A stretch of DNA of 63,231 nucleotides, the filler included, from Licmophora abbreviata (taxonomy: Eukaryota): the NCBI GenBank assembly GCA_900291995.1. It is 13 parts of 13 records of this genome, joined end to end, with 100 filler letters (N's around TTAATTAATTAA, not from the genome) between each part and the next. Parts side by side here need not be neighbours in the genome. Positions count along the whole stretch, not along the records: positions 17,252 to 24,597 come from OLMU01005520.1; positions 24,698 to 27,059 come from OLMU01005521.1; positions 27,160 to 31,849 come from OLMU01005522.1; positions 31,950 to 33,863 come from OLMU01005523.1; 9 more parts are not named here. One strand, written 5' to 3'. Positions 21,075 through 33,269 of the stretch are shown here, piece after piece. The notes below the pieces were generated by a model. The model was not told where the DNA came from. It saw nothing but the letters and a program-made list of their open reading frames with translations, and did no database searches. The translations under genes and the position numbers were made by a program. Within the stretch, counting starts at the first letter, position 1. Every line of letters starts with the position of its first letter.

Positions 21075-21146
21075 GGGTTGCTAACTCAATGGTAGAGTAC
21101 TCGGCTTTTAACCGAATAGTTCTGGGTTCGAGTCCCAGGCAGCCCA
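21075..21146 (+). tRNA. trnK-UUU: tRNA-Lys(UUU)
   Basis: GGGTTGCTAACTCAATGGTAGAGT...CTTTTAA...GCAGCCCA. Confidence 0.97.
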
Positions 21147-21194
21147 AAAAGAGTAATGTATTCTGAAAAATTTAACGATAAAAATTTAGGTTTC

Positions 21195-21229
21195 TATTTT
21201 TATCTAACTTTAAAAGTTAGATAAAAATA
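21195..21229. terminator. Stem-loop between convergent trnK and psbC
   Basis: tatttttatctaacttt / aaagttagataaaaata. Confidence 0.75.
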
Positions 21230-21236
21230 AGAAGTT

Positions 21237-22652
21237 CTAATCGATAGGACGCATTGATAATACAGGTTCGTTAGCACGATTAATACCCTTTTCAAAACCA
21301 GCAGCAGCCGCACGAGCACGACCTGAATGCCACCAGTGACCTATTAGGAAGAAGAAACCTAAGAAGAAATGCGAGCAACATAACCATGAACGTGGTGATA
21401 CATAGTTTACAGAGTTAATTTCTGTTGCCACACCACCTACAGAGTTAAGTGAACCTAACGGTGCATGTGTCATGTATTCTGCAGCACGACGTTCTTGCCA
21501 TGGTTGAATATCATTTTTAATTTTATTGATATCTAAACCATTTGGACCACGTAATGGTTCAACCCATGGAGCACGTAAATCCCAGAACCGCATAGTTTCA
21601 CCACCAAAAATGATTTCACCACTAGGTGAACGCATTAAGTATTTACCTAAACCAGTTGGACCTTGCGCTGATGAAACATTTGCACCTAAACGCTGATCTC
21701 GAACTAAGAAAGTGAATGCTTGTGATTGAGAAGCTTCGGGACCAGTTGGACCATAAAATTCACTAGGATATGCAGTGTTATTATACCAAGAATATAATGA
21801 AGCTGTTAAACCCATTAACGAGATCGCAGCTAAACTATACGAAAGATAAGCTTCACCTGACCAAACAAAAGCACGACGTGCCCAAGCAAATGGCTTAGTA
21901 AAGATATGGAAAATACCACCAAAAAGACATAATATGCCAACCCAAATATGGCCACCAATCACATCTTCCATGTTATTTACAGATACTACCCATCCATCTC
22001 CACCAAATGGAGAACGGAAAACGTAACCAAAAATAACAATTGGGTTTAATGTTGGAGTCGTAATAAAACGAACATCTCCACCACCAGGTGCCCAAGTATC
22101 ATAAACACCACCTAAGTACATTGCTTTAATAACTAATAAGAATGAACCTAAGCCTAAAAGACATAAATGAATACCTAAAATTGTAGTCATTTTGTTTTTA
22201 TCACGCCAGTCATAACCGAAGAATGGGAATGATTCTTCTAATGTATCAGGACCTAATAACGAGTGATAGATACCGCCGAAACCTAATACTGCTGATGAGA
22301 TTAAATGAAGTACGCCAACTGCAAAATATGGAACCGTTGACACAATATCACCACCAGGGCCAACACCATAACCTAATGTTGCTAAGTGTTGAATTAAAAT
22401 AAACCCTTGTTCATATAAAGGTTTTTCTGGCACAAAATGAGAAACTTCAAATAATACCATTGCACCAGCCCAAAATACCATTAAGCCAGCATGTGCTACG
22501 TGAGCACCTAATAATTTACCTGAAACATTTATCAAACGAGCATTTCCACTCCACCAAGCAAAGCCTGTAGACTCAATGTCGCGACCTGCTATACTACTAT
22601 TAAAGGGCGTTTCCACGTGGTAATACCTCCTCAGGGAATACAAAGTTTTCAT
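21237..22652 (-). CDS. psbC: PSII CP43 (true start possibly GTG at 22616); overlaps psbD
   Basis: [13 protein letters not shown]..., canonical CP43. SD-like GAGGAGG upstream of GTG 22616. Confidence 0.99.
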   Translation of the reverse strand: MKTLYSLRRYYHVETPFNSSIAGRDIESTGFAWWSGNARLINVSGKLLGAHVAHAGLMVFWAGAMVLFEVSHFVPEKPLYEQGFILIQHLATLGYGVGPGGDIVSTVPYFAVGVLHLISSAVLGFGGIYHSLLGPDTLEESFPFFGYDWRDKNKMTTILGIHLCLLGLGSFLLVIKAMYLGGVYDTWAPGGGDVRFITTPTLNPIVIFGYVFRSPFGGDGWVVSVNNMEDVIGGHIWVGILCLFGGIFHIFTKPFAWARRAFVWSGEAYLSYSLAAISLMGLTASLYSWYNNTAYPSEFYGPTGPEASQSQAFTFLVRDQRLGANVSSAQGPTGLGKYLMRSPSGEIIFGGETMRFWDLRAPWVEPLRGPNGLDINKIKNDIQPWQERRAAEYMTHAPLGSLNSVGGVATEINSVNYVSPRSWLCCSHFFLGFFFLIGHWWHSGRARAAAAGFEKGINRANEPVLSMRPID

Positions 22653-23655
22653 GTGGTTGATCTTGAGCAGCCATCCATGCACGAATACCTTCGTTTAATA
22701 AAATATTTTTTGTGTAGAATGTTTCAAATTCTGGATCTTCTGCAGCACGTAATTCTTGTGATACGAAGTCATAAGCACGTAAATTTAATGCTAAGCCAAC
22801 GATACCAATTGCACTAGTCCATAAACCCGTAACAGGTACGAACAACATGAAGAAATGTAACCAACGTTTGTTCGAGAATGCTACACCGAAAATTTGTGAC
22901 CAGAAACGGTTCGCTGTTACCATAGAATATGTTTCTTCTGATTGTGTTGGTGTAAATGCACGGAATGTGTTTGCAGCATCACCATCTTCGAATAATGTAT
23001 TTTCTACAGTTGCACCGTGAATCGCACAAAGTAATGCACCACCTAAAATACCAGCAACACCCATCATATGGAATGGGTTTAATGTCCAGTTGTGGAAACC
23101 TTGTAAGAATAATAAGAAACGGAAAATTGCAGCAACACCGAAACTAGGAGCAAAGAACCAACTTGCTTGACCTAATGGGTATAGTAAAAACACAGAAACA
23201 AATATAGAAATTGGACCTGAGAACGCAATTGCGTTATATGGACGGATACCTACTAAACGTGCAATTTCAAATTGGCGTAAGCAGAAACCGATTAAACCAA
23301 ATGAACCATGTAAAGCAATAAATGCCCAAAGACCACCAATTTGACACCAACGTGTGAAATCACCTTGTGCTTCTGGACCCCATAAAAGTAATAATGAATG
23401 TCCCATACTGTTAGCTGGAGTTGAAACTGCAGCTGTTAAGAAGTTACACCCTTCAAGATATGAACTTGCTAAACCATGTGTATACCATGATGTTACGAAA
23501 GTTGTTCCAGTCATCCAACCACCTACAGCTAAGTAAGCTGTTGGGAATAATAATAAACCTGACCAACCAACAAAAACAAACCGGTCTTTCTTTAACCAGT
23601 CATCAATAAGATCAAATAAGCCACGTTCTTGGTCTTGCCCAATAGCAATGGTCAT
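22600..23655 (-). CDS. psbD: PSII D2 protein
   Basis: MTIAIGQ...[16 protein letters not shown]...[10 protein letters not shown]. Confidence 0.99.
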   Translation of the reverse strand: MTIAIGQDQERGLFDLIDDWLKKDRFVFVGWSGLLLFPTAYLAVGGWMTGTTFVTSWYTHGLASSYLEGCNFLTAAVSTPANSMGHSLLLLWGPEAQGDFTRWCQIGGLWAFIALHGSFGLIGFCLRQFEIARLVGIRPYNAIAFSGPISIFVSVFLLYPLGQASWFFAPSFGVAAIFRFLLFLQGFHNWTLNPFHMMGVAGILGGALLCAIHGATVENTLFEDGDAANTFRAFTPTQSEETYSMVTANRFWSQIFGVAFSNKRWLHFFMLFVPVTGLWTSAIGIVGLALNLRAYDFVSQELRAAEDPEFETFYTKNILLNEGIRAWMAAQDQPHENFVFPEEVLPRGNAL

Positions 23656-23822
23656 ATTTTAATAATCCTTTATTTAAATTAGTTAATGAGCAAACCACAT
23701 TGGAAGTTTTTTGCTCTTATCTTGTCAACTTGTAACTACCATTATATGCAAATCTTGAAATAAATTTTTATAATTAAAAATTTCTTTTTTATTAAATTGA
23801 AATATTAAAATTTGTCTAACAA

Positions 23823-23896
23823 ATATTAGCTAAATAAAGAATCACATTAAAAAAGAAAAATTTCTTTTTTAATGTGATTCTTTATTTAGCTAATAT
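23823..23896. terminator. Perfect 36-bp inverted repeat overlapping the psaI stop
   Basis: atattagctaaataaagaatcacattaaaaaagaaa plus its exact reverse complement, 2-nt spacer. Confidence 0.85.
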
Positions 23897-23996
23897 CATC
23901 AATAGAAATATATATGAAAAATAATGCCATGCTTAAAGCTGGGAAAACAATTCCAACAATAGGAACTAAAATTGAAGGTAAAAATGCAGCTGCCAT
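23886..23996 (-). CDS. psaI: PSI subunit VIII
   Basis: [36 protein letters not shown]. Confidence 0.96.
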   Translation of the reverse strand: MAAAFLPSILVPIVGIVFPALSMALFFIYISIDDIS

Positions 23997-24194
23997 ATTT
24001 TTATCTTAAATTAGTAAAAATTTTTAATTAATAGTTATCAACTATAAAAATTGATATTTTTAATTGTATGCGAAAAGAAGTTAGAATAAAACATTAATAT
24101 AAATCAAAAAATTAGATATTTTTATAGTAGAATCAATATTATCAAATCTAAGATTTTTACTATTATAAATTTTATATATATATAGATTTTACTT

Positions 24195-24329
24195 ATGGAA
24201 ACTTTATTATTATCTCGTTTACCAGAAGCGTATGTTATTTTTAGTCCAATTGTAGATGTATTACCGATTATTCCTGTCTTCTTCTTATTGTTAGCATTCG
24301 TATGGCAAGCGGCAATTGGTTTTAGATAA
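24195..24329 (+). CDS. psbK: PSII protein K
   Basis: [44 protein letters not shown]. Confidence 0.98.
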   Translation: METLLLSRLPEAYVIFSPIVDVLPIIPVFFLLLAFVWQAAIGFR

Positions 24330-24415
24330 TTTTAAATTTACAATTATCAAACAGTATATTATATTCCCTTGTTAGCAATTTAAATTATAGTATTTACATT
24401 TCAAAATCAATACAA

Positions 24416-24529
24416 ATGGTAGAACCTTTATTATCTGGAATAGTATTAGGAATGATTACTGTATCAGCATTTGGCCTTTTCGTTGCGGCTTTTTTACAAT
24501 ATCGTCGTGGTAATCAATTCGAAATCTAA
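24416..24529 (+). CDS. petG: Cytochrome b6f subunit V
   Basis: [37 protein letters not shown]. Confidence 0.98.
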   Translation: MVEPLLSGIVLGMITVSAFGLFVAAFLQYRRGNQFEI

Positions 24530-24894
24530 TATACAATTAATTCTTTGAATTTAAGTTTTAAGAATTATGATCAGAATAGAAAAGTATATATCTCAGCNNN
24601 NNNNNNNNNNNNNNNNNNNNNNNNNNNNNNNNNNNNNNNNNTTAATTAATTAANNNNNNNNNNNNNNNNNNNNNNNNNNNNNNNNNNNNNNNNNNNNAAA
24701 GTTAGATTGACATTTCTATTTAGATATAGTATTTTAGTCTTTGGTTCCTATTAAGTAGAGTTTAGAAGCTAGGCATTGACTATTTTATATAGCTTTGTTA
24801 TCATGGAAATCGTGAGTTACTTTTTTAACTTTACCTAACTAGTATTTAGTAAGATACAGTTTGAAAAAAGTATCTATATAATCAATATACAGTA

Positions 24895-24966
24895 GCTGGT
24901 GTAGCTCAATGGTAGAGCAACGGATTTGTAATCCGTAGGTTGGGGGTTCAAGTCCCTTCACCAGCT
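24895..24966 (+). tRNA. trnT-UGU: tRNA-Thr(UGU)
   Basis: GCTGGTG...TTTGTAA...CACCAGCT. Confidence 0.96.
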
Positions 24967-25054
24967 TCAGAACGACGAAAGATTTAAAAATAACAGATTG
25001 TCTAGTCTATATAAATTTTATTCCTTATTTTCATAGACTTTTATAGAATATTAT

Positions 25055-25127
25055 TAGGCCCAGTAGGAATCGAACCTACATTGGAAACTTAGAAGGTTTC
25101 TGTCCTAATCCATTAGACGATAGGCCC
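25055..25127 (-). tRNA. trnR-UCU: tRNA-Arg(UCU)
   Basis: GGGCCTATCGTCTAATGGATTAGGAC...CTTCTAA... Confidence 0.96.
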
Positions 25128-25137
25128 TTAAGTTGTA

Positions 25138-25209
25138 TGGGTAATACAGGATTTGAACCTGTGACCTTCTGCTTGTAAGGCAGACACTCTACCGCTGAGT
25201 TAATTACCC
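25138..25209 (-). tRNA. trnV-UAC: tRNA-Val(UAC)
   Basis: GGGTAATTAACTCAGCGGTAGAGT...CTTACAA...ATTACCCA. Confidence 0.96.
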
Positions 25210-25351
25210 ATCATCATTATAAATGATGCACATAATATATATATACCTAAAAATAAAGATAACGTCAATATCATAATTTTTATATCTTATATAAATATAA
25301 TAATTATGATATTGTATTTTAATTTTTAATATGCTAGAGTTAGGTAGTACA

Positions 25352-25433
25352 GGGTCGGTGCCCGAGTGGTTAAAGGGGGCGGATTGTAAATCCGCTGCGT
25401 TACGCTACGTTGGTTCGAATCCAACTCGGCCCA
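25352..25433 (+). tRNA. trnY-GUA: tRNA-Tyr(GUA)
   Basis: GGGTCGGTGCCCGAGTGG...TTGTAAA, long variable arm. Confidence 0.97.
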
Positions 25434-25494
25434 TTATCAGTTCTAATCACCAGAATTATTTCGAAATCAAATACTGGATAAACTAGTATAGAAT

Positions 25495-25689
25495 TTATAA
25501 ACCAGTCATCTTAATAATAATTGTGTATAAGCCTATAATGAAAGATATAAATAGTAAAATGACAAAAATACGCAATTTGCGAATCTTAAATAAATTCTTA
25601 AAAGGTGTAAGAATAACCAAGACTAACCCAGTAACACTACTTATGAAAAACCGTGGATAGCGTAATACATTATTCCAAAAATTGTTCAT
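25495..25689 (-). CDS. ycf33: Ycf33
   Basis: MNNFWNNVLRYPRFFISS. Confidence 0.93.
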   Translation of the reverse strand: MNNFWNNVLRYPRFFISSVTGLVLVILTPFKNLFKIRKLRIFVILLFISFIIGLYTIIIKMTGL

Positions 25690-25850
25690 ATAAAAGCTTT
25701 AATATCAGTTATTTAATTATAATTATACTTAATATTAGTTAAATATTTTTTTACTATTTTATAATTAAGAACTTAAGAATTAAGAAGTGAAAATTTTTCT
25801 GATAAATTAGTTGAACTATGATAAGATCAATTTATAATTAAGTAGTAAAA

Positions 25851-25923
25851 GGCTCTGTAGCTCAGTGGTTAGAGCAGGGGACTCATAAGCCCAAGGTCGT
25901 AGGTTCAAATCCCACCAGAGCCA
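25851..25923 (+). tRNA. trnM-CAU: tRNA with CAU anticodon, most like elongator tRNA-Met
   Basis: GGCTCTGTAGCTCAG...GGGGACTCATAAGCCC resembles the cyanobacterial elongator Met tRNA. The Met/Ile assignment is uncertain. Confidence 0.8.
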
Positions 25924-25957
25924 TCTACTTAACAAAAATATAAACTTTCTTAGTTTA

Positions 25958-26044
25958 GGAGAAATGGCTGAGTGGTCGAAAGCAATAGATTGCTAATCTA
26001 TCGTACAATTTATTGTACCCAGGGTTCGAATCCCTGTTTCTCCT
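25958..26044 (+). tRNA. trnS-GCU: tRNA-Ser(GCU)
   Basis: GGAGAAATGGCTGAGTGG...TTGCTAA, long variable arm. Confidence 0.96.
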
Positions 26045-26132
26045 TCATTAAAAAACTGAAAATATAAAATAGTTGACATTACTAAAAAGATTCGTGTAAT
26101 ATATCTCTGAAAGCGTTATCGAGATAATTTTT

Positions 26133-26206
26133 GGGACTGTAGTTCAATTGGTTAGAGCACCGCCCTGTCACGGCGGAAGTTGCGAGTTCGAGTCTCGTCA
26201 GTCCCG
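26133..26206 (+). tRNA. trnD-GUC: tRNA-Asp(GUC)
   Basis: GGGACTGTAGTTCAATTGG...CTGTCAC...CAGTCCCG. Confidence 0.97.
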
Positions 26207-26264
26207 CTATAGAATATAAAAATAATATAAAAATAATTTTTCTTATATTATTTTTATATTATTT

Positions 26265-26393
26265 TTATTCACCTTGAACTTTTAGAAGCGCAAAGCCTAA
26301 AGAAAGACCAAATAAAGTCATAAAGAAACATGTAACTGCTGCGCTCACAATTTCAGGACTTGCAAATGGAAATATTTGTACAATGAATGACAT
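26265..26393 (-). CDS. petM: Cytochrome b6f subunit VII
   Basis: MSFIVQIFPFASPEIVSAAVTCFFMTLFGLSLGFALLKVQGE. Confidence 0.95.
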   Translation of the reverse strand: MSFIVQIFPFASPEIVSAAVTCFFMTLFGLSLGFALLKVQGE

Positions 26394-26439
26394 AATATGT
26401 TTAATTTTTAAATGTTAGAGAAATTTTAAATTATTACTA

Positions 26440-26529
26440 TTAGAACCCATTACGAGCCCAAACAACTAATGCTAATGAAAATGTAAACATTGTCATCACA
26501 CCAGCCCAACCTAGACTTATAATATCCAT
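26440..26529 (-). CDS. petN: Cytochrome b6f subunit VIII
   Basis: [29 protein letters not shown]. Confidence 0.97.
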   Translation of the reverse strand: MDIISLGWAGVMTMFTFSLALVVWARNGF

Positions 26530-26855
26530 ATATGTTTATCGTTTAAAAAAATTGAGTAATTATATTGGCCACTTTTCGAATTACAATGCCAAGTGTTACG
26601 TTAGTATTATAGTCTATTTTTAGTGAAAAATAGGATAAATTTCTTTAAAATTTTTCTCATATCAAAATTATACTTTTTAGTGAAAAATCTTAATTACATG
26701 TCGTTTCTAGAGTGATATATTAGTTTATAAAAAAAATAATAAAAAATTATATGGACAATGTTCTTGTATATTTTTAAAACAAAACCAAAATACTTTGATT
26801 TTGTTTTAAAAATACTATTGAAAAAATCAAACAGTAAGCAAATAAATTAAATTGA

Positions 26856-27059
26856 TTAAACGATACTATTTGCCCAATCTACGTCAACATTTTCAATAAT
26901 TAAAGATGAGTTATAAATTTGTAAAATAATTAATAAAAATACTAAAAATAGGCCCATTACAACTCCCATAATTGGAGTTGTTCCCCAACCGGGTGCAACT
27001 TTACCATATTCAGCATTTAAAGGGCGTAAAATTTCACCTAATCTTGTTCTTAATGCCAT
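26856..27059 (-). CDS. psbH: PSII protein H
   Basis: [29 protein letters not shown]. Confidence 0.98.
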   Translation of the reverse strand: MALRTRLGEILRPLNAEYGKVAPGWGTTPIMGVVMGLFLVFLLIILQIYNSSLIIENVDVDWANSIV

Positions 27060-27267
27060 NNNNNNNNNNNNNNNNNNNNNNNNNNNNNNNNNNNNNNNNN
27101 NNNTTAATTAATTAANNNNNNNNNNNNNNNNNNNNNNNNNNNNNNNNNNNNNNNNNNNNCACCTAATCTTGTTCTTAATGCCATAAAAATATTTATATTT
27201 TTAATAAATTAATTTTTCTACTATATGTTATATAATGCTAAACTGTTAGTTTAAATAAATATATAAC

Positions 27268-27399
27268 ATGGAAACAGCAACTATTATTGTGATTTTTGTA
27301 TCGAGTTTACTTTTAGGGATTACCACATATTCTGTTTATACAGCGTTTGGACCTGCTTCAAAAAATTTGCGTGATCCATTCGAAGAACATGAAGACTAA
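27268..27399 (+). CDS. psbN: PsbN
   Basis: [10 protein letters not shown]...[20 protein letters not shown]. Confidence 0.97.
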   Translation: METATIIVIFVSSLLLGITTYSVYTAFGPASKNLRDPFEEHED

Positions 27400-27423
27400 A
27401 AAATAAAACCAAATAAAATGGTT

Positions 27424-27522
27424 TTATTTTTTGATAATTCGAGGTGTTTCTCTGAAAAATACGGCAAAGAAAATTACCGTTAAAGTACCAATAAGTAAAA
27501 ATGTGTAAACTAAAGCTTCCAT
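27424..27522 (-). CDS. psbT: PSII protein T
   Basis: [32 protein letters not shown]. Confidence 0.97.
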   Translation of the reverse strand: MEALVYTFLLIGTLTVIFFAVFFRETPRIIKK

Positions 27523-27572
27523 TGTTTAATCCTATCTAAATTTAAAAAGACTTAAAAAACAAAGGCTTGGAC

Positions 27573-29102
27573 CTATACAGCACCTTGTTTTTTCGTTGAT
27601 TTGTCACCGAGTTTTTGGAATACACCAAATTCTACTTGTTCTGTCACTTCCGCACCAATACCTGTAAAAACATCACGGAAGATTGTACGACCACCATGCC
27701 ATAAATGACCAAAGAAGAATAATAAAGCAAAGTTGGCGTGACCATAAGTATACCAACCACGTGGGCTACTTCGGAATACACCATCAGATTCTAAACTTGT
27801 TCTATCAAATTCAAAAACCTCACCTAACTGAGCTTTACGAGCAAATTTCTTAACTGTCGGAGCATCTTTAAATGTTTGACCATTTAATTTACCGCCATAA
27901 AAATCTACTGTTACTCCTACTTGCTCAATACTATATTTTGACTCCGCACGACGGAATGGGATATCCGCACGAATTATACCATCTTTATCTACTAAGATAA
28001 CTGGGAATGTTTCAAAGAAAGCTGGCATTCTTCGAACTGTTAATTCACGACCTTCTTTATCACGGAAAATTGGATGACCTAACCAAGCTTCAGCAATACC
28101 ATCACCTTTGTCCATTGGACCTGCACGGAATAAACCACCTTTAGCAGGGTTATTTCCGATATAATCATAAAATGCTAATTTATCAGGAATTCTTGACCAT
28201 GCTTGGCTTTCTGATAATCCTTCACTTACCGATGCTTCAACTTGACGCTCAATCTCTTGTTGGAAGTATCCACTATCCCATTGATAACGAGTTGGTCCAA
28301 ATAATTCAATTGGTGTTGCTGCAGCACCATACCACATTGTACCTGACGTTACAAATGCAGCAAAGAATACTGCTGAAATACTACTCGATAACACGGTCTC
28401 AATATTACCCATACGTAGTGCACGGTATAAACGTTGAGGTGGACGAACTGTTAAATGGAATACACCTGCAATGATACCAAAGATACCCGCTGCAATGTGA
28501 TGCGCTGCAATACCACCTGCATTAAATGGGTTAAAACCATCCGGTCCCCATTCTGGTGCTACAGGTTGCACTTTACCCGTAATGCCGTATGCATCTGAGA
28601 CCCAAATACCAGGACCAAAAAGACCTGTAACATGGAATGCCCCAAATCCAAAACATAGTAAACCTGATAAGAATAAGTGAATACCGAAGATTTTTGGTAA
28701 ATCTAAAGCAGGCTCACCTGTTCTAGGATCACGGAATAACTCTAAATCCCAATAAACCCAGTGCCAGATAGCTGCTAGGAAGCACATACCTGCTAAGATA
28801 ATATGTGATAATGCTACACCTTCAAAGCTCCAAATACCAGGGTTTGAAACACTCTCACCCGTTATACTCCAACCACCCCAAGAATCTGTAATTCCTAGAC
28901 GAGCCATAAAAGGCATAACAAACATACCTTGACGCCACATAGGATTTAAAACTGGATCTGATGGATCAAATACTGCTAATTCGTATAGAGCCATTGATCC
29001 AGCCCAACCAGAAACTAATCCTGTATGCATAATATGTACTGCAATTAGTCTTCCAGGATCATTTAAAACAACAGTGTGAACACGATACCATGGTAATGCC
29101 AT
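27573..29102 (-). CDS. psbB: PSII CP47
   Basis: [19 protein letters not shown]. Confidence 0.99.
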   Translation of the reverse strand: MALPWYRVHTVVLNDPGRLIAVHIMHTGLVSGWAGSMALYELAVFDPSDPVLNPMWRQGMFVMPFMARLGITDSWGGWSITGESVSNPGIWSFEGVALSHIILAGMCFLAAIWHWVYWDLELFRDPRTGEPALDLPKIFGIHLFLSGLLCFGFGAFHVTGLFGPGIWVSDAYGITGKVQPVAPEWGPDGFNPFNAGGIAAHHIAAGIFGIIAGVFHLTVRPPQRLYRALRMGNIETVLSSSISAVFFAAFVTSGTMWYGAAATPIELFGPTRYQWDSGYFQQEIERQVEASVSEGLSESQAWSRIPDKLAFYDYIGNNPAKGGLFRAGPMDKGDGIAEAWLGHPIFRDKEGRELTVRRMPAFFETFPVILVDKDGIIRADIPFRRAESKYSIEQVGVTVDFYGGKLNGQTFKDAPTVKKFARKAQLGEVFEFDRTSLESDGVFRSSPRGWYTYGHANFALLFFFGHLWHGGRTIFRDVFTGIGAEVTEQVEFGVFQKLGDKSTKKQGAV

Positions 29103-29416
29103 AGTAATTCATTCCTCAATATAAATAATGTTTTTGACTTTCTTACAACTAAACTAAATAAAAGTTAGCTACTATACTATTATAAGCCAAGATAAAAAAA
29201 ATTACTCATTTTAATTTAACTATTCGCAAATTACTTATTTTAATTGTCTCAAATTTCAATAGTCTAAGTTTAGTTTATCGGTTTACTTGTATAAATTGAA
29301 GAGATAGTATAAACTAGTATTAACAAAATATAATTAGAATTTCTTCTTACTACCATTTTTTTTACAAATTTTTACTATTTACTTACTAAAATTAAAATAA
29401 TAATAAATTAATATTT

Positions 29417-29719
29417 ATGGCTAAAAAAAGTATGATCGAGCGTGAAAAAAAACGCATTAAGTTATATAACAAGTACGCTCTAAAACGTACAAATTTATTA
29501 AAAAAATATCAAAGTGCGGAAAATTTTAGTATGAAACTTGAAATTCATTCAAAATTACAAAAATTACCACGTAATAGCGCAAAAAATAGAATACGAAATC
29601 GTTGTTGGAAAACAGGTCGTCCTCGCGGAGTTTTCCGTGATTTTGGGTTGTCAAGACATGTTTTCCGAGAGATGGCACATCAATGTTTACTACCCGGTGT
29701 AACTAAATCTAGTTGGTAA
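29417..29719 (+). CDS. rps14: Ribosomal protein S14
   Basis: [13 protein letters not shown]...[12 protein letters not shown]...LPGVTKSSW. Confidence 0.99.
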   Translation: MAKKSMIEREKKRIKLYNKYALKRTNLLKKYQSAENFSMKLEIHSKLQKLPRNSAKNRIRNRCWKTGRPRGVFRDFGLSRHVFREMAHQCLLPGVTKSSW

Positions 29720-29994
29720 ATTTTTTTCAGTTCCTAAATTTACTAATTCGATCTGATAACTAATTATTCAACCAATTCATATTAATTATCAGATCGAATT
29801 TAAGTGTCATCTATAATGTTAATTCATTCTGCTATAATTAATAAAGATGAAAAAAATTAAATGATTTTTAATAATTTAATCTACAATTACATATACATTT
29901 ATAAAGCTAACATTTTAACCCAATATTTTTGTTAGAATTTAACACATTGTATTCTTTAGAATTAAAACAATTTTAAATTTAATAGGAGTTTTCT

Positions 29995-30087
29995 ATGATT
30001 TACGATTCACAAGTTTATACAGCATTATGTATTAGTTTATTAGCTGCTGTTTTGGCAGTTCGTTTAGGCTCAACACTTTACGAGTAA
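29995..30087 (+). CDS. psaM: PSI subunit XII
   Basis: MIYDSQVYTALCISLLAAVLAVRLGSTLYE, with an AGGAG SD upstream. Confidence 0.95.
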   Translation: MIYDSQVYTALCISLLAAVLAVRLGSTLYE

Positions 30088-30297
30088 TAATAATACTATA
30101 AAGTCAATAATTTAATTACAAATTCTCATATAATCTTTTTGACAGCTTTACTTAATCATAAAAAATCAAATTTAATTAAATATGCAGATTATTTATTTCA
30201 GTATCTTTAATTATAATTTTTAATATATGTAATGTATTTTTCATTACCTATATTGGGACAAAATACTATTAATATTACGAAAATTTATCAGAACAAT

Positions 30298-31359
30298 ATG
30301 GTAGCAAAAGATTTAAAAAAATTCAGTACTCCTGTTTTTCCATTTACAGCAATCGTTGGCCAGGAGGAAATGAAATTAGCATTACAACTTAATGTTATTG
30401 ATCCTAAAATTGGTGGTGTTATGATCATGGGTGATCGTGGAACTGGGAAATCAACAACAATTCGAGCAATAGCAGATTTGTTACCTGAGATTGAAATAGT
30501 TAAGGATGATCCATTTAATTCTCATAAATCAGATTTAGATTTAATGGGAAATGAAGTTAAGACAGCTATTCAAAATGGCGAAGAGCTTGAAACCGAATTG
30601 ATTAAAATTCCAATGGTTGATTTACCATTGGGTGCAACAGAAGATCGAGTTTGTGGAACAATCGACATCGAGAAAGCCTTAACTGAAGGTATTAAGGCAT
30701 TTGAGCCTGGACTTTTAGCAAAAGCTAATCGAGGAATACTTTATGTAGACGAAGTTAATTTATTAGATGACCATTTAGTTGATATTCTTTTAGATTCAGC
30801 AGCGTCAGGCTGGAATACTGTTGAACGAGAAGGTATCTCAATACGTCATCCAGCCCGTTTTGTATTAGTTGGTTCCGGTAATCCTGAAGAAGGCGAATTA
30901 CGACCACAATTATTAGATAGATTCGGTATGCATGCTGAAATTCGAACAGTTAAAGATCCCATTTTACGCGTAAAAGTTGTAGAAGAGCGAACATCTTTTG
31001 ATCAGACCCCAATGGTTTGGGTTGAAAATTATGAAGAGCAACAACAAAAGCTGCGAGATCGTATTGTAGCTGCACAGAAATTATTACCAACTGTTGAGTT
31101 AGATTACGATTTAAGAATAAAAATTTCTGAGGTTTGTAGCCGTCTAGACGTAGATGGTTTACGTGGTGATATCGTGACAAATCGTGCAGCAAAAGCACAC
31201 GCAGCTTATGATGGACGTGATAAAGTGACCATTAATGATATTGCACAAATTATTACTTTATGTTTACGTCATCGTTTGAGAAAAGATCCTTTAGAATCTA
31301 TTGATTCGGGTGATAAGGTAAGTAAAGTATTTAAAGAAATTTTTGAAATTGAAGATTAA
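30298..31359 (+). CDS. chlI: Mg-chelatase subunit I
   Basis: [21 protein letters not shown] Walker A. Likely start at ATG 30298. Confidence 0.98.
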   Translation: MVAKDLKKFSTPVFPFTAIVGQEEMKLALQLNVIDPKIGGVMIMGDRGTGKSTTIRAIADLLPEIEIVKDDPFNSHKSDLDLMGNEVKTAIQNGEELETELIKIPMVDLPLGATEDRVCGTIDIEKALTEGIKAFEPGLLAKANRGILYVDEVNLLDDHLVDILLDSAASGWNTVEREGISIRHPARFVLVGSGNPEEGELRPQLLDRFGMHAEIRTVKDPILRVKVVEERTSFDQTPMVWVENYEEQQQKLRDRIVAAQKLLPTVELDYDLRIKISEVCSRLDVDGLRGDIVTNRAAKAHAAYDGRDKVTINDIAQIITLCLRHRLRKDPLESIDSGDKVSKVFKEIFEIED

Positions 31360-31412
31360 CATTATAAATTTTTATTCGTATTATAAATTTATAATGTTAA
31401 ATAAGAAAAATT

Positions 31413-31628
31413 ATGTTTAAACAAATCTGGTTTCTCGTAAGTCTTTTTTTAATTGTGATTATTTTTTTGCGGATGCCCCAAGAAACGATTGGGCTATCTA
31501 GTTTTGCAAATAAAAGTGACCTCTTAGGATCACCTAGTTCTGCACAAAGATCATTAAATATTCTTACGGCTGTTGGTATCTTAGTTTATTTTATTCTTGC
31601 TCTAAACTTTAATTTGCAAACAAATTAA
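31413..31628 (+). CDS. secG: Preprotein translocase SecG (Ycf47)
   Basis: Two-TM 71-aa ORF after chlI: IFLRMPQ..GLSSF..LGSPSSAQRSLN. Confidence 0.85.
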   Translation: MFKQIWFLVSLFLIVIIFLRMPQETIGLSSFANKSDLLGSPSSAQRSLNILTAVGILVYFILALNFNLQTN

Positions 31629-31685
31629 GTATTTTCATCTCAAAAGAATTAAATTTAATCCTTTTGAGATGAAAATACTTAATTT
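31622..31685 (+). terminator. Long near-perfect stem-loop after secG
   Basis: aaattaagtattttcatctcaaaag / cttttgagatgaaaatacttaattt. Confidence 0.8.
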
Positions 31686-31774
31686 AGCAATAATTACTAA
31701 AATATTCTTAATTTCTAACTGATGCAAAAAATCAAAATTAATATGATTGTTATTATTGTAAATCGTTCAATTAT

Positions 31775-31848
31775 CGCGGAGTAGAGCAGCCTGGTAGCTC
31801 GTTGGGCTCATAACCCGAAGGTCAATGGTTCAAATCCATTCTCCGCTA
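31775..31848 (+). tRNA. trnfM-CAU: Initiator tRNA-fMet(CAU)
   Basis: CGCGGAG start with unpaired C1. GGG/CCC anticodon stem around CTCATAA. Confidence 0.96.
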
Positions 31849-31979
31849 GNNNNNNNNNNNNNNNNNNNNNNNNNNNNNNNNNNNNNNNNNNNNTTAATTA
31901 ATTAANNNNNNNNNNNNNNNNNNNNNNNNNNNNNNNNNNNNNNNNNNNNTGAACGTTAAATATTTACAAGGTTTTACCT

Positions 31980-32399
31980 ATGACATTAAATTTACAAACA
32001 CCTTTTCCTACTTTTGGTGGAAGCACTGGAGGCTGGTTACGCTCAGCCGAAGTTGAAGAGAAATATGCAATCACTTGGGATAGCAGTAAAGAGCAAATCT
32101 TTGAAATGCCTACAGGTGGAGCAGCGATAATGCGTAGTGGCGAAAATTTATTATATTTGGCACGTAAAGAGCAATGCTTAGCATTAGGGACTCAACTAAG
32201 AACTTTCAAGATTAATAATTATAAAATTTATAGAATTTTTCCTAGTGGTGAAGTTCAATATTTACATCCAAAAGATGGAGTTTTTCCTGAAAAAGTTAAT
32301 CCAGGTAGAACATCCGTAAATAGCCGTGATTTTTCAATTGGAAAAAATCCAAATCCAGCTTCAATTAAATTTAGTGGAATTAATACCTATGAAAGTTAG
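31980..32399 (+). CDS. psaD: PSI subunit II
   Basis: [22 protein letters not shown]...[13 protein letters not shown]. Confidence 0.99.
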   Translation: MTLNLQTPFPTFGGSTGGWLRSAEVEEKYAITWDSSKEQIFEMPTGGAAIMRSGENLLYLARKEQCLALGTQLRTFKINNYKIYRIFPSGEVQYLHPKDGVFPEKVNPGRTSVNSRDFSIGKNPNPASIKFSGINTYES

Positions 32400-32434
32400 T
32401 TCATATTTAAGATTAGTTTTATAGCTAATCTTTT

Positions 32435-32522
32435 GGCGAGATGGCAGAGTTGGTCGATTGCGTCTGATTTGAAATCAGATGAATCTTTACGGATTCCGTG
32501 GGTTCGAATCCCACTCTCGCCT
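32435..32522 (+). tRNA. trnS-UGA: tRNA-Ser(UGA)
   Basis: GGCGAGATGGCAGAG...TTTGAAA, long variable arm. Confidence 0.96.
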
Positions 32523-32587
32523 TATACATTATTTTTAAATACAAAAGATCTTCTGCTTAACTGTGATCAAAAATTTTTTAATATCTT

Positions 32588-33235
32588 ATGGGTAAAGTTT
32601 ACGATTGGTTTGAAGAACGTTTAGAAGTTCAAGCTATTGCCGACGATATTTCAAGTAAATATGTGCCACCTCATGTAAATATTTTTTACTGTTTTGGCGG
32701 GATTGTTTTCACATGTTTCTTAGTACAAGTCGCGACAGGCTTTGCAATGACATTTTACTATCGTCCGAGTGTTGTAGATGCGTTTGCTTCTGTTGAATAT
32801 ATTATGACAAGTGTTAATTTTGGTTGGTTAATTCGTTCTATTCATCGCTGGTCAGCTAGTATGATGGTAATGATGTTAGTTTTACATGTTTTTCGAGTTT
32901 ATTTAACAGGTGGATTTAAAAAACCTCGTGAATTAACTTGGGTAACAGGTGTAACTTTAGCCGTAGTTACTGTTTCTTTTGGTGTAACAGGTTACTCTTT
33001 ACCATGGGACCAAGTAGGTTTCTGGGCATGTAAGATTGTAACGGGTGTACCTGCCGCAGTTCCTGTGATTGGGCCACCATTAGTTCTAGTATTACGAGGT
33101 GGGGAAAGTGTTGGCCAAAGTACGCTTACACGATTCTATAGTGCACATACGTTTGTTTTACCTTTAGCGGCAGCTGTATTAATGTTAACGCATTTCTTAA
33201 TGATTCGTAAACAAGGTATCTCAGGACCATTATAA
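32588..33235 (+). CDS. petB: Cytochrome b6
   Basis: [21 protein letters not shown]...KQGISGPL. Confidence 0.99.
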   Translation: MGKVYDWFEERLEVQAIADDISSKYVPPHVNIFYCFGGIVFTCFLVQVATGFAMTFYYRPSVVDAFASVEYIMTSVNFGWLIRSIHRWSASMMVMMLVLHVFRVYLTGGFKKPRELTWVTGVTLAVVTVSFGVTGYSLPWDQVGFWACKIVTGVPAAVPVIGPPLVLVLRGGESVGQSTLTRFYSAHTFVLPLAAAVLMLTHFLMIRKQGISGPL

Positions 33236-33269
33236 TTCTAAAAACACACATACAAATTTAAATTTTATT

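Noticed and set aside
22600..22682. psbD/psbC overlap and longer psbC start as a novelty
   Set aside because: The overlap with a GTG start is standard in cyanobacteria and plastids; the 22682 start lies inside psbD.
30232..30297. N-terminal extensions of chlI (and of rbcL at 58051-58140)
   Set aside because: ORF-caller extensions; the downstream ATGs match the conserved N-termini, and rbcL has an SD at ATG 58050.
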